Assembly: GCA_036679605.1 (NCBI GenBank) | Contig: JAZDCZ010000011.1 | Location: 64,001-128,000, forward strand | Direction: 5' to 3' | DNA: 64,000 nucleotides | Origin: Gemmatimonadota bacterium | Lineage (GTDB): Bacteria > Gemmatimonadota > Gemmatimonadetes > Gemmatimonadales > GWC2-71-9 | In this document: in pieces, positions 38,340-48,120 of the stretch | How the letters are laid out: each line of letters opens with the position of its first letter | Position numbering within the stretch: position 1 is the first letter of the stretch | Notes under the pieces: model-generated | Seen by the model: only the letters and a program-made list of their open reading frames with translations | The model's database searches: none | Told to the model about the DNA's origin: nothing | Translations under genes and position numbers: made by a program

Positions 38340-41000
38340 TCACTCAGCCTTGAGAACCTGGATCGGGTCGACCCGAGTGGCTCGACGCGCGGGCAGGTAG
38401 CAGGCCAGCGCGGACACCGTGAGCATCGCGGCGGCAACCGCCACAAACGTGAGCACGTCGCGCGGGGCGGTCTGGAACAGCAGGTCCTGCATCACGAATG
38501 CAGCCCACATCGAGATGGCCACTCCGATGAGGGTGCCTGCCACTGCCAGGCCGAGCCCGTTTCTGAGCACTAAGCGACGGACGCGGGCCGCGTCGGCGCC
38601 CAGCGCGACCCGAATCCCAATCTCACGAGAGCGCTGGCTCATGGAGAACGACAGCACTCCGTAGACCCCGACCGCAGCGAGGCCGAGCGCCACGGCGGCG
38701 AACACGGCCATTAGGATCATGAAGAAGCGTGGGCGTGCCACGGACTGCCAGATGCTCACAGCCGCCGGCTGCAATTGCTGAATCGGCTGCTTCGAGTCGA
38801 CCGCTCGAACCGCGTACCGAATTTGAGGAAAGAGCGCAGCGGGTGGAATGATCGATCGAATTGCGTATGTCACAAAGCCGCGGATGCCGTCTGGAGCGAG
38901 CGGCGTGATCATGGCAAACTCACCCCAGCGATCGTCCAGCCCCCCGACCTTGAGATCCTCCATGACGCCGGTGACCCTGTACCAAGGCTGGTCAGGGGAC
39001 AGGCGGAAGCGCCTGCCTACGGCCTCTCCGCCACTCCAGAGTTCCTCGGCCAGATCGGTGTCGATAACAACTGGCCTCTCGCCGGGCGCGTCGGTGGTGG
39101 TCACGGCCCGCCCCGAGATCAGGCGCGTGCCTATGGTCGCGAGGAAGTCGGAGTCGGCGGAGAGGAGGGGGAGTGTGAAATCGTGCTCTACTGCCGTCTC
39201 CGGATGGTCCTCGGTCTCGAGCCGATTACCGAAGGTGATCCCTCCGTCGGGCGGTATGCCCACCGAGCGGGACACGGCGACCACACCGGGAATGGCGCGA
39301 AGCCGCTCCAGTATGCGCAGGGTCATGCCCTCGCGCTCCTCCGGCGTGCGATACCTCCGGTTCAGCGACATGCTCATCGTCAGCAGCCCCTCCACCTCGA
39401 AGCCGGGGTCCACGGACGTGAGGCGGTGGAAGCTCTTGCCCAGCAGTCCCGCGCCGAACAGGAGCGTCAGCGAAAGTGCGACCTGAGTCATAACTAGGCC
39501 GTTTCTGAGCCGGCCGCGCTTGTCGGAGCCATGGACTCCTAGGGAACCGCTAGACGTGGCTTCCACCGCGCGGACCGAGCGCAATGCCGGCAGCAGCCCG
39601 AACGCCAGACCGGTCAGAAGGGAGAGCGCGAAAGTGAACCACAGAACACGTCCATCCACGCCGACCGCGTTCACAGAGAAGAAGGTGATGTCACGCGGTG
39701 CCACGGTCAGCAGCGCCCGGACCCCTGCCGACGCCATGACCACTGCCGCTACTCCGCTCAGAAGCGCGAGCACCAGGCTCTCCACCAGAAGCTGTCGAAC
39801 GACACGGCGCCGAGAGGCACCCAGCGCCAGGCGCACTCCGATCTCACGACCCCTGACCGTTCCTCTCGCCAGCATGAGGTTGACCCCATTCACGACGGCG
39901 ATGAGCAGCATGACCCCCACGGCACCGAATACCACCCACAGCGCCTTCCGCATGCGGCGGCGGACCTGTGGTTCGTTCAGGGGTGACAGCCCGGGCGTCC
40001 AAACGCCGCGGGTCGGTCCGTGATCCTGGAAGCCGGCCGCCGCCGCAGCCATGCGCTCCTCGATCGGGTCCCCGAGCAGCTCCGCCGGAACCCGGACCAC
40101 CAGTTGGACTTGACGTGCCGCACGACCCAGAGCCGTGCCGTCAGAGCGCAGGGCGATGTAGAGATCGGTGGATCCGAACGGAAAGCGGAAGCTGGGTGGC
40201 ATAACGCCGATGATGGTGTGCCGGGTCTCGTTCAGTACGATCGTCCTGCCCATGACTCCTGGGTCCGCGCCCATTCCGCTCCGCCAGAACCGATCCGTTA
40301 AGAGCACCACGGACGGAGCGCCCGGCTCGGCGTCCTCGGGGAGAATGGAGCGGCCCATGAGGGGTGCGACCCCAAGGACATCCATTGCGCTTGGGGTTAG
40401 CGCCTGGACGATCTGCGCGGTGGGCTCCCATCCGTCAGTGCGATCCGCGTTGGCCCGGGCGTGCGCTCCGATGCCCATGAAGAGATCAGAGCGTTCCATC
40501 CAGGCCCGCGCTCCGTCCCAAGGAAAGAAGGCGAATTCGTAGCCCTCGGCCTCGTACGATGCGGAGATCGCGTGCAGCTGGTCGGGCTCGGGAAACGGAA
40601 TTGGTCGGATTAGCACCGCATCCACCACCGAGAAGATCGCGGTGTTGGCGCCGATCCCCAGCGCCAGGGTCAGAATTACCGAGACCGCAAAGCCCGGACT
40701 CCTGCGCAGACCCCTCAGGGCGTATCGGAGGTCCCACATCACCGATCCCCCGAACTCCACCCACCTCCTCGTCCTCTCCTCCCGTTTCTGCATCGCCACG
40801 CACTGGCGTCGGTATCGCTCCATGTCCCCGAAACGGCGCTCTGCCTCCATCCGCGCCTGGTCCGGCGAGTTCCCCTCTTGGATCAGCTCGTCGATACGCA
40901 TCTCTATGTGGTGCTGCATCTCTAGGTCCACGGTGTCCTCCGCCCATCCCCGCCGCCAGCGGAGCTGGAAGAAGCGCCGTATGCCACGCGGGCGGCCCAC
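38340..41000 (-). CDS. ADOP-type duplicated permease #6 (class A leader)
   Basis: Leader VDLEMQHHIEM...GNSPDQARMEAERRFGD. Motifs DLRYALR, LALGIGANTAIFSVV, PARRATRVDP. Confidence 0.92.
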   Translation of the reverse strand: MGRPRGIRRFFQLRWRRGWAEDTVDLEMQHHIEMRIDELIQEGNSPDQARMEAERRFGDMERYRRQCVAMQKREERTRRWVEFGGSVMWDLRYALRGLRRSPGFAVSVILTLALGIGANTAIFSVVDAVLIRPIPFPEPDQLHAISASYEAEGYEFAFFPWDGARAWMERSDLFMGIGAHARANADRTDGWEPTAQIVQALTPSAMDVLGVAPLMGRSILPEDAEPGAPSVVLLTDRFWRSGMGADPGVMGRTIVLNETRHTIIGVMPPSFRFPFGSTDLYIALRSDGTALGRAARQVQLVVRVPAELLGDPIEERMAAAAAGFQDHGPTRGVWTPGLSPLNEPQVRRRMRKALWVVFGAVGVMLLIAVVNGVNLMLARGTVRGREIGVRLALGASRRRVVRQLLVESLVLALLSGVAAVVMASAGVRALLTVAPRDITFFSVNAVGVDGRVLWFTFALSLLTGLAFGLLPALRSVRAVEATSSGSLGVHGSDKRGRLRNGLVMTQVALSLTLLFGAGLLGKSFHRLTSVDPGFEVEGLLTMSMSLNRRYRTPEEREGMTLRILERLRAIPGVVAVSRSVGIPPDGGITFGNRLETEDHPETAVEHDFTLPLLSADSDFLATIGTRLISGRAVTTTDAPGERPVVIDTDLAEELWSGGEAVGRRFRLSPDQPWYRVTGVMEDLKVGGLDDRWGEFAMITPLAPDGIRGFVTYAIRSIIPPAALFPQIRYAVRAVDSKQPIQQLQPAAVSIWQSVARPRFFMILMAVFAAVALGLAAVGVYGVLSFSMSQRSREIGIRVALGADAARVRRLVLRNGLGLAVAGTLIGVAISMWAAFVMQDLLFQTAPRDVLTFVAVAAAMLTVSALACYLPARRATRVDPIQVLKAE

Positions 41001-41001
41001 G

Positions 41002-41346
41002 TCAGCGAGCCCCCGCCGTCGCGATGATGCGGCGCACCACCTCCGCGTACCTGCCCCAGCTCGCCTCTTCCCGCCCGAGCTGTTTCCGCCCTTCGGCCGT
41101 CAGCGTGTAGTACTTGGCCTTGCGGTTCTTCTCCGAGAGACCCCACTCCGCCTCGATCCACCCTCGCCGCTCCATGCGGTGGAGGGCTGGGTAGAGCGCT
41201 CCCTCCTCGATGTTGAGGGTGTTCTCTGAGGCATCCCGAATCCAGCGCAGGACGGAGAATCCGTGTTTGGACTCTCCGTCGCTGAGAGTCTCCAAAATGA
41301 GGAGCTCCAGTGTGCCCTGGAGAAGCACGATGCCGGTATGACTCAT
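41002..41346 (-). CDS. PadR-family repressor #6 (class A)
   Basis: LLQGTLELLIL...HGFS...GALYPALHRME...WGLSEKNRKAKYY. Confidence 0.93.
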   Translation of the reverse strand: MSHTGIVLLQGTLELLILETLSDGESKHGFSVLRWIRDASENTLNIEEGALYPALHRMERRGWIEAEWGLSEKNRKAKYYTLTAEGRKQLGREEASWGRYAEVVRRIIATAGAR

Positions 41347-41405
41347 GTCTTCCTTCCTGTTTCGTGGTCCGCTTCGCGCAAGGGATCCAGTGGAGACAAC
41401 GAGGC

Positions 41406-41462
41406 TTCCCTAAATGCGCTAGGGGAAATATAAACCGTGGTCCCATAAATGCGCTAGGGGAA
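41406..41462 (-). promoter_or_regulatory. Two palindromic operators upstream of padR #6
   Basis: TTCCCTA-aatgcgc-TAGGGGAA (41406-41427) and TCCCATA-aatgcgc-TAGGGGAA (41441-41462), 35 bp apart. A minus-strand TATATT sits at the edge of the proximal site. Confidence 0.78.
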
Positions 41463-42046
41463 CGTCGCGACGAACCTGCGATGGGCTCTGAGCACACGGG
41501 GCCTTCAACTCAGTTACCAGGAGGTATTATGTGCACCGTTACTCCACGTTGGGCATCTAGCAGTCGTTGGAGCCGGGATTCTTAATGCAAGAGGAGGCGC
41601 TCGGGTCGCTGTCGACCAGCCGCCCTGTATTTTGGGAGGGAGATTCAAACCCGTAATGGACAATCGCGTGATCTTGGCCTGCCAGATGGTCGTCGCGGGC
41701 CTTCAGGCGCCTCCAAGTCACGGGTCTCTATGTACGTGGTCACGCAGCCGCACAGAAAGGTGATCAGTTCGAGGCAGAGTTTTTTTGATACCATGTCACG
41801 ATCTCTGCACCGTGCTGTCTAACTTGTAAATGTGCAGACCAGTCTAACCCCAACATGCTCCGCGTGTCCAAAAGCATAGTCCGTACATCAATGTCGGACT
41901 AGTTAGAAAGGGAGTTGAGGAGGTCGAGTGGACTTGCCCTGGCGGTCTCAAGCGATCAACGCAACGTTTCGGCAAGGACCTCACATGGTTTCATCCAGCC
42001 GAGGGTCTGTCGAGGTCGTTGCTCTGTTCCCCAATTCATGAGACAG

Positions 42047-42922
42047 TTAGCGATCTAGAATCTGTACCTCTTTCGGCATCTGTTCGCGCCGGTACTGGTG
42101 GGGCGAGCGAAGCCCCAGGCCCGAGTGCGGTGCGTTCTCGTTGTAGTCATCAAGCCAGCTCGGTAATTGGTTCAGCACGGTCGTAGCGCTGGAACAATCG
42201 GCCCCGTCAACGTAGTCGCGCTTCAGCGTATTCACGAACGCCTCGCTCATTCCGTTCGACTGTGGGCTATGGGCCGGCGTCGTTATAGGATGCAGGTTTA
42301 ACCTCTCGGCCTCCCACTCGGTGGCAAGCGCCGTGTAGATGCTCCCATTATCACTGAGCCACTGAATCGGCTCGGCCGGCCGGGCCGTCCCAAATCGATG
42401 TGCCACTGCTCGTTGCATCAGCTCCTGAATGTCGCCTGCCACCAGCGGCCGTGCATGAGCAACGTGTCCGATAATCTCCCGGTCGTGACAATCGAGTGCA
42501 AACGCCACATGCACTACCTCGCTGTTCCAACATCCGATCACCAACTCGTCACTACACCACCGCTCGTTTGAACCGTCCCGCATGATGCGACCAGTGTGTG
42601 CCCGCCCACGACGACGGTTTACCTTGGGCAGCGTCAACCCGTAGATCTGCATCACCCTCCGGATACGTTTGCGATTGTACTGCGTGCCGAAGAGCCGGTT
42701 GACACGGGCCGTAACGCGCCGGTGCCCATACGTCGCTCGAGTCCTCAAGACCACACGGACCTGGCTCGCCACCAGCTCGTCTTCCGCCTTGTGGTAGAAC
42801 GGACCACGCTGAGCGATCGACCGATAGGCTGTGCTACGGCTGACACCGAGCGCTCGACAGATCACAGACACCGGATGCGGACTCACCGCTTGGACCCGCC
42901 GTAGTAGCCCGGTCTTTTTTTT
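42047..42922 (-). CDS. IS2-group transposase OrfB (DDE integrase core), made by -1 frameshift from OrfA
   Basis: RWCSD, ALDCHDRE, WLSDNGSIY and SPQSNGMSEAFVNTLKRDY match IS2-type OrfB. The 5' boundary is set at the slippery site. Confidence 0.9.
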   Translation of the reverse strand, partial: KKKTGLLRRVQAVSPHPVSVICRALGVSRSTAYRSIAQRGPFYHKAEDELVASQVRVVLRTRATYGHRRVTARVNRLFGTQYNRKRIRRVMQIYGLTLPKVNRRRGRAHTGRIMRDGSNERWCSDELVIGCWNSEVVHVAFALDCHDREIIGHVAHARPLVAGDIQELMQRAVAHRFGTARPAEPIQWLSDNGSIYTALATEWEAERLNLHPITTPAHSPQSNGMSEAFVNTLKRDYVDGADCSSATTVLNQLPSWLDDYNENAPHSGLGLRSPHQYRREQMPKEVQILDR

Positions 42923-43236
42923 ATCTCCTCCTGCGCCGTGCGGAGAATCTCGTTCTCCATAGTCTTTCTCCCCAACACCCGCTCCAGCTCCCTGATCCGC
43001 TGCTCCGCATCCCGCAGCTTGTACGCCGGTACCACATCCCCATCTGCCGCCACAGCCGTCTGACCACCCGACTCCATCAGCTGCTTCCACCGCCGCACCA
43101 GCCATGGCGATACCTCAAGCTCCCGACTCAATTCGGCAACCGTCACCTCGCCACGCAGTAACCGCCCCACCTGTTCCCGCTTAAACTCGGTCGTGAATAA
43201 CCGCTTCCCATTCACAGCACGTCGAAACCGTTCCAT
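42883..43236 (-). CDS. IS2-group transposase OrfA (HTH)
   Basis: KRLFTTEFKREQV...TVAELSRELEVS...WKQ followed by coiled coil IRELERVLGRKTMENEIL. Confidence 0.9.
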   Translation of the reverse strand: MERFRRAVNGKRLFTTEFKREQVGRLLRGEVTVAELSRELEVSPWLVRRWKQLMESGGQTAVAADGDVVPAYKLRDAEQRIRELERVLGRKTMENEILRTAQEEIKKRPGYYGGSKR

Positions 43237-43294
43237 AGTCCACCCCCCCTTCAAGTGACAACTTAAGTGTCCACTCGAATTGGGGGACAGAGCA

Positions 43295-43749
43295 CCGGGC
43301 TAAGATAGCCCAGGTGTGAGTGCCTCCGTTTGCGGTTGTAGAACCGCTCGATGTACTCGATGATGTCTGTCTCGGCTTCCTCCCGGGTCCAATAATCCCG
43401 ATCTTTTACCCGCTCGACCTTCAGAGTCTTGAAAAAACTCTCCGACACTGCGTTGTCCCAGCAATCGCCCTTCCTGCTCATGCTGCAAATCATTCCGTGA
43501 TCCCTCAGCATGTCGCGATACTCGCCACAGGCGTACTGCCTACCCCGATCAGAGTGGTGTAAAAGGCCAGGTGACGGTCTGCGGCTCCGCAGTGCCCTCC
43601 TCAGGGCCGTCACAGCCAATTGAGCGTCGATGCGGCTGCTCATCGACCACCCCTACCACACGACGTGAAAACAAATCCACAATCACCGCCAAATACAACC
43701 ACCCCTCGTGTGTACGGATGTACGTCATGTCTGCTGTCCTCATCCGCAC
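43295..43749 (-). pseudogene. Decayed integrase-core fragment of a second IS3-family transposase
   Basis: [29 protein letters not shown], then a frameshift, then [26 protein letters not shown] and YNRKRRHSHLGYLSP. Cut off exactly at the IS2-group element end. Confidence 0.88.
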
Positions 43750-43750
43750 C

Positions 43751-43783
43751 TAACTGTGTGTCCACTTTCTCGGGTCAACTCCC
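43751..43783 (+). repeat. Probable orphan right end of an IS3-family element
   Basis: TAActgtGTGTCCACtttctcGGGTCAACTCC resembles IS3-family right termini, but the terminal CA is not intact. Confidence 0.5.
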
Positions 43784-43795
43784 GAGGTTCTATTC

Positions 43796-46456
43796 CTACT
43801 CCGCCCGTAGCGCCACGTTAGGGTCCACACGGGTCGCTCGCCATGCAGGGACAGATCCGGCTAGCACGCCGACAGCAAGCAGTGTGGCGGTCACTAGGCT
43901 GAAGATCAGTGGGTCATGCGGCGATACGTCGTAAAGCAAGGGAGCGATTGCCCTTCCACCCACGAGGGAGATTAGCGTGCCTAGCGCTAGCCCCAGTGCA
44001 GTCAACAGCAAAGCCTCCCTGACTATCAATGTGATGAGTCTGTTCGATGTTGCGCCAAGCGCCGCACGCACTCCAATCTCGTGGGTACGCTGGGCTACAT
44101 TGAACGCGAGCACGCTGTAGAGTCCTATTGCTGCTATGAGGAGTGCTAGGATCCCGAAGATTGTGAACATGGTGGCGCCGAGCCTCCACGAACGGGCCTG
44201 CGGATCGACGAAGTCGCTGAGTGCGTCGATCTCGACGAAGCGTATCTCGGTCGACAGAGCCAGCAACTCCTTCCGTACCGCGACGGAGATCTGCCCGAGA
44301 TCGCGTCGGCTGCTGAGGTAGATTGCTTCTGGTCTGGTGTCTATCATCCGTTGCACCAGGGGCACGAAGTACTGCACCGATGGTTCCTCGATCAGTTCTT
44401 GGCGTCGCGGGTCTCTTACTATCCCAATCACCTCCGCGCAGGGCGGCTCCCCCGCGCCGACCAGGAGGCATTTTCCCAGAGCATCTTCTCCGGGCCAGTA
44501 TGTTCGCGCCATCGTCTCGTTCACCACGGCCACACGTGGCGCGGCCCTGCTGTCTGAAGACGTAAACCCGCGGCCTCGCAGCAGTCTTATGCCGAGTGCC
44601 TCTAAGTACTGCTCCGTGATGGGATTCACGTAAGGCCCTCCAGTGCTCATTACGGGGAGCGAGTCCATTCCCGGGACACGGAGTCGTTCGGCGAAGCTCG
44701 ACATGAAGGGCATGCTGACTGAGGCAGCTACGTTTTCCACTCCGGGTATTGCACGAATCCTGTCGAGAGCACGATCGTATAAATCGTAGATTTCCTCTTG
44801 CTCGAGCCTGTCACTTTCCAGCTCCGGCACCACCGCGAGGACACCATCCGGATCCAATCCGAGATCGAGTGACCGAACATTGTAAAGACTGCGCACGAAG
44901 AGTCCGGCGCTGACGAGGAGCACTACGGTCAACGCTCCCTGTGCCACGAGAAAGGCGATGCGCATCCTGGATCTACTAAGAGTCGTACCCCAGCCACCTT
45001 CCTTGAGAGCCGAAACAAGGTTGGGACGGGTCGCCTGAAGCGCTGGGATCATCCCTGCAAGGAGTCCGGTAATGAGTGCGACCACAAGCGTAAAGATGAG
45101 TACCCGGGTGTTCACCGGCGACTCAGCCCATAATATGTTGGGGGCCAACATTGCGCGTAACACCGCGCCGCTCCATCCAGCGATCACCACTGCGGCGATG
45201 CCACCGAACAAGGCCAACATCGTGGTTTCGGTTAGCAACTGCGATACCAACCTTGCGCGTGATATGCCCAGGGTCAGGCGGATCGCGGTCTCGCGGCGCC
45301 AACGGATGCCACGCCCGAGCAACAAGTTCGCCACGTTGGCACACGCAATGATGAGCACGATCAGTGAGACCCCGGCGAGCCAGCGGGCTACCGCCGTCTC
45401 ACGTGGTGCGTTCGGGCCCTGTGCGGCGATTAGCGGCGCCGCAGTTATTGAAGCATTCTCGTCGTAACGCGAATCGTCGGCTCGGCCGCGCCGGTGAAGA
45501 ACGGTGGCTTCCGCTTCGGCGGCCTCTACCGTCACGTCAGGTTTCAGGCGTGCCACCACGCGGATCCAGTAATTTCCGCGGCTCGTTAGCCAGCGACTTG
45601 ATGAAAAGAAGTGCTCGACGCTCGTATGCAGGGGAACCCATACATCTACACGGGCGAGCCTCGTTCCTGTGAACCCCGGGGGAGCTACGCCGATCACCGT
45701 GAAAGTACCGCTCGCGATCTGGAGAGCCTCACCGATTACGTCCGGATCGCCGCCGAAGGTCTTGCGCCAGAATTCATGACTCAGAACTACGGTGCCGGCT
45801 ACACCGACTCGGTCCTCTGCAGGATCGAAGAACCGTCCTAGCACCGGTTGTACGCCGAGTAACGGAAAAAGCGAGGCCGTGGCCATAGTTGCACGTACTC
45901 GTACGCCCTTTTCGCCTCGTCCGAGAGTGGCTTGGCCAGGGTAGAAAGCGGCGCTCTCAAACGTCTTACTGCGAGCGAAGTCATCAAGATCTGGGACCGT
46001 CATGCTGGCCGTCGTAACAGATCTGTCCAAGAACGAGCGATTCACGTACAAACGCCGCACGTTATCGGGATTCCTTATGTGTGGAGGAGGCTTGAGTAGT
46101 AGCCGATCGATCACACCAAACATTGTGGCGTTCGCCCCGATACCCAGGCCCAAAGTCAATATTATGGCGATGCCGAAGCCGGGAGACTGTCGTAGGCCTC
46201 GGAGGGCTTGACGCACGTTCTGTATCAGCACCGAAAACAACTCGACGCGACGGACACTCGTTGCGCGCTTTCGGTCGATCGCCTCGATCTTTGTCCTATA
46301 CTGTTGCAGGTTGCCGAATCGTTGGTGTGTTTCCGCCTCGGCGTCGGCGCGACATAAACCACCTGCCATGAGTTCTTCGACGCTGCGCTCGAAGTGGAAC
46401 CGCAGCTCCTCGTCCAGTTCCGTCTCTGCACGGTCTTCGTCATCGAGACTTCTCAT
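43796..46456 (-). CDS. ADOP-type duplicated permease #7 (class A leader)
   Basis: Leader ELDEELRFHFE...GLCRADAEAETHQRFGN. Motifs LGLGIGANATMF, CANVANLL, PAWRATRVDP. Start set at ATG 46456, 8 nt after the padR stop. Confidence 0.92.
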   Translation of the reverse strand: MRSLDDEDRAETELDEELRFHFERSVEELMAGGLCRADAEAETHQRFGNLQQYRTKIEAIDRKRATSVRRVELFSVLIQNVRQALRGLRQSPGFGIAIILTLGLGIGANATMFGVIDRLLLKPPPHIRNPDNVRRLYVNRSFLDRSVTTASMTVPDLDDFARSKTFESAAFYPGQATLGRGEKGVRVRATMATASLFPLLGVQPVLGRFFDPAEDRVGVAGTVVLSHEFWRKTFGGDPDVIGEALQIASGTFTVIGVAPPGFTGTRLARVDVWVPLHTSVEHFFSSSRWLTSRGNYWIRVVARLKPDVTVEAAEAEATVLHRRGRADDSRYDENASITAAPLIAAQGPNAPRETAVARWLAGVSLIVLIIACANVANLLLGRGIRWRRETAIRLTLGISRARLVSQLLTETTMLALFGGIAAVVIAGWSGAVLRAMLAPNILWAESPVNTRVLIFTLVVALITGLLAGMIPALQATRPNLVSALKEGGWGTTLSRSRMRIAFLVAQGALTVVLLVSAGLFVRSLYNVRSLDLGLDPDGVLAVVPELESDRLEQEEIYDLYDRALDRIRAIPGVENVAASVSMPFMSSFAERLRVPGMDSLPVMSTGGPYVNPITEQYLEALGIRLLRGRGFTSSDSRAAPRVAVVNETMARTYWPGEDALGKCLLVGAGEPPCAEVIGIVRDPRRQELIEEPSVQYFVPLVQRMIDTRPEAIYLSSRRDLGQISVAVRKELLALSTEIRFVEIDALSDFVDPQARSWRLGATMFTIFGILALLIAAIGLYSVLAFNVAQRTHEIGVRAALGATSNRLITLIVREALLLTALGLALGTLISLVGGRAIAPLLYDVSPHDPLIFSLVTATLLAVGVLAGSVPAWRATRVDPNVALRAE

Positions 46457-46464
46457 GGCGTATC

Positions 46465-46797
46465 TCAGGCCGACTGCAAGACCTTGGAGACGGCGTCGGA
46501 GTATTTCTCCCACTGCCGTGATCGTGTCGCCAGTTGTTTTCGGCCAGTACCTGTGAGCTCATAGAATTTCGCCCGGCGGTTGTTTTCCGAAACGCCCCAC
46601 TGCGACGCCAGCCACTTCCGCTTGTGCATGCGATGGAGTGCCGTATAGAGTGCACCGTCTTCAATGTCGAGCGTGTCGTCTGTGGTCTCTCGAATCCAGC
46701 GCGCCACATCGTATCCATGCCGCGGCGCCGCTGCCAGGGCCTTGAGGATCAGGACGTCGAGTGTGCCTTGCAGCAAGTTGAGTTCGGAACCTCCCAT
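46465..46797 (-). CDS. PadR-family repressor #7 (class A)
   Basis: LLQGTLDVLILKAL...HGYD...GALYTALHRM...WGVSENNRRAKFY. Confidence 0.93.
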   Translation of the reverse strand: MGGSELNLLQGTLDVLILKALAAAPRHGYDVARWIRETTDDTLDIEDGALYTALHRMHKRKWLASQWGVSENNRRAKFYELTGTGRKQLATRSRQWEKYSDAVSKVLQSA

Positions 46798-46803
46798 ATC
46801 GTT

Positions 46804-46855
46804 CCCCTGAAATGTTCAGGGGTAAGATATGGGAATGTCCTGAAGCCGTCAAGCG
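46804..46855 (-). promoter_or_regulatory. sigma70 promoter with two operators (padR #7)
   Basis: CCCCTG-aaatgtt-CAGGGG (46804-46822) and degenerate GTCCTG-aagccgt-CAAGCG (46837-46855), 33 bp apart. Minus strand reads TTGACG-17bp-TATCTT. Confidence 0.78.
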
Positions 46856-46952
46856 GTAACGGCCAAGATGTCCACGCTAGACGGGTTTTGATTGGTAGTG
46901 TGGTACAGCGCCTAAACCACTCCCTTCCCGAAAGGCCGCGCCTGGCTCGGCT

Positions 46953-47510
46953 CTACCTGATACGCGGTAGCCGCTCCCACCGATTTCGGAAAAACTCTTC
47001 GAAATCCCTGCCCGGTTCAGCCAGCTCGAACACCTCGTCGAAAATGAAGCTGTTCTGGATCGTCACGGTCCACCGCGCGCGTAGGCCGCCACCGTTTTCA
47101 ACGCTTTCGGTGACGCACACAAACTTGCTCTGCTCCGATTCCATCTCACACACATATTGGTTGACGAATCCTTCCACGACGAACTGCCGATAAACGAACT
47201 TCGCCCTTGTCGCATCATAACTAAAGATGCCCAACTCCTCGTGATTGTCGCCCTGGGGACTCTTTTCCTGAGGCAACCGGACCGAAGAATGTTTCGACGA
47301 CAGGTACCGGTCGCGAATAATAAACTCGTACACCCGCACTCCTTTCCCCGTGCCCAGTATCCCATCGATAGCTCCCTCCCACGATCCGACTAACAGCTTG
47401 AGAGTCTCCCACTGGTCCGTCACAACCGGTCGTTCCTGAGCGGTGACCGTATGCTCCGTAGCGAGACTGAGAGCGAATACCAATGCTAGCAACTCAACAT
47501 GCCGTCTCAT
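46953..47510 (-). CDS. Hypothetical exported protein, possibly a calycin/nitrobindin-like beta-barrel
   Basis: Signal peptide, LKLLVGSWEG first-strand motif and alternating beta-strand pattern. Start set at ATG 47510 after GGAGG. Confidence 0.6.
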   Translation of the reverse strand: MRRHVELLALVFALSLATEHTVTAQERPVVTDQWETLKLLVGSWEGAIDGILGTGKGVRVYEFIIRDRYLSSKHSSVRLPQEKSPQGDNHEELGIFSYDATRAKFVYRQFVVEGFVNQYVCEMESEQSKFVCVTESVENGGGLRARWTVTIQNSFIFDEVFELAEPGRDFEEFFRNRWERLPRIR

Positions 47511-47702
47511 GGTGATCATACCTCCAGTGTGTAGGATTCCTCCCCGTCCAACTTCGTGGCCCACCAGTTCGATAGACTAAGCTGCAACATAGATCGTTTC
47601 AAGAGGTGCCGGCGCCTTGGTGTCATCCGCGATGTCCTCGATCACCTTAATCGGGTCCTCAAAGACCCTTGGAGAGATCCGAGATGCATATCACCCCGGC
47701 GG

Positions 47703-47730
47703 TTGACCCACCTGGAAATCCAGCTATCTT
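47703..47730 (+). promoter_or_regulatory. Candidate sigma70 promoter of padR #8
   Basis: TTGACC (47703-47708)-16bp-TATCTT (47725-47730), followed by an AT-rich patch. Confidence 0.5.
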
Positions 47731-47784
47731 CATAAGTACTCTATGCAATATGCAGAGATACACCAACTCTAGGAGAAGTGAGAG

Positions 47785-48120
47785 ATGGCTGACCTTCCCC
47801 GATTTCTTCCGGTCAAACCGAGCGTATTCCTGATCATGATGGCAGTGGCTGAGGAGCCGTGTCACGGTTATGGGATCATGCTCGATGTGCAGCGGCGTTC
47901 GGGTGGTTGCGTCAACCTTGGAACGAGTCACCTGTATCGGCATCTGAAACGCCTGCTTGACGACGGTTTGGTGGAGGAAGTCGAGTTCGAGGACGGCGTT
48001 GGGGATGATCCGCGGCGCCGTTACTACCAGTTGACGAAGCCGGGCGTGAAGGTGGTGCGTGCCGAGAGCGCGCGACTCAAAGAGCTAGTGGAAGAGTCGA
48101 AACGGCTGGGATTCGTATGA
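47785..48120 (+). CDS. PadR-family repressor #8 (class C)
   Basis: FLPVKPSVFLIMMAV...HGYGIM...GTSHLYRHLKRL...DPRRRYYQLT. Confidence 0.92.
   Translation: MADLPRFLPVKPSVFLIMMAVAEEPCHGYGIMLDVQRRSGGCVNLGTSHLYRHLKRLLDDGLVEEVEFEDGVGDDPRRRYYQLTKPGVKVVRAESARLKELVEESKRLGFV

Larger units (their letters stand above)
42020..43294 (-). mobile_element. IS3-family insertion sequence, IS2 group (1275 bp)
   Basis: Terminal inverted repeats TGCTCTGT(T/C)CCCCAATTC, 17 of 18 matching. orfA/orfB overlap with an A8G slippery site at 42922-42914. No flanking direct repeat seen. Confidence 0.92.

Noticed and set aside
41645..41794. 49-codon minus-strand ORF (MVSKKLCLELITFLCGC...) with a lipobox-like end
   Set aside because: Short, no clear SD or recognisable family, and in a disturbed region beside the IS. 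It may be a remnant but I cannot support it.
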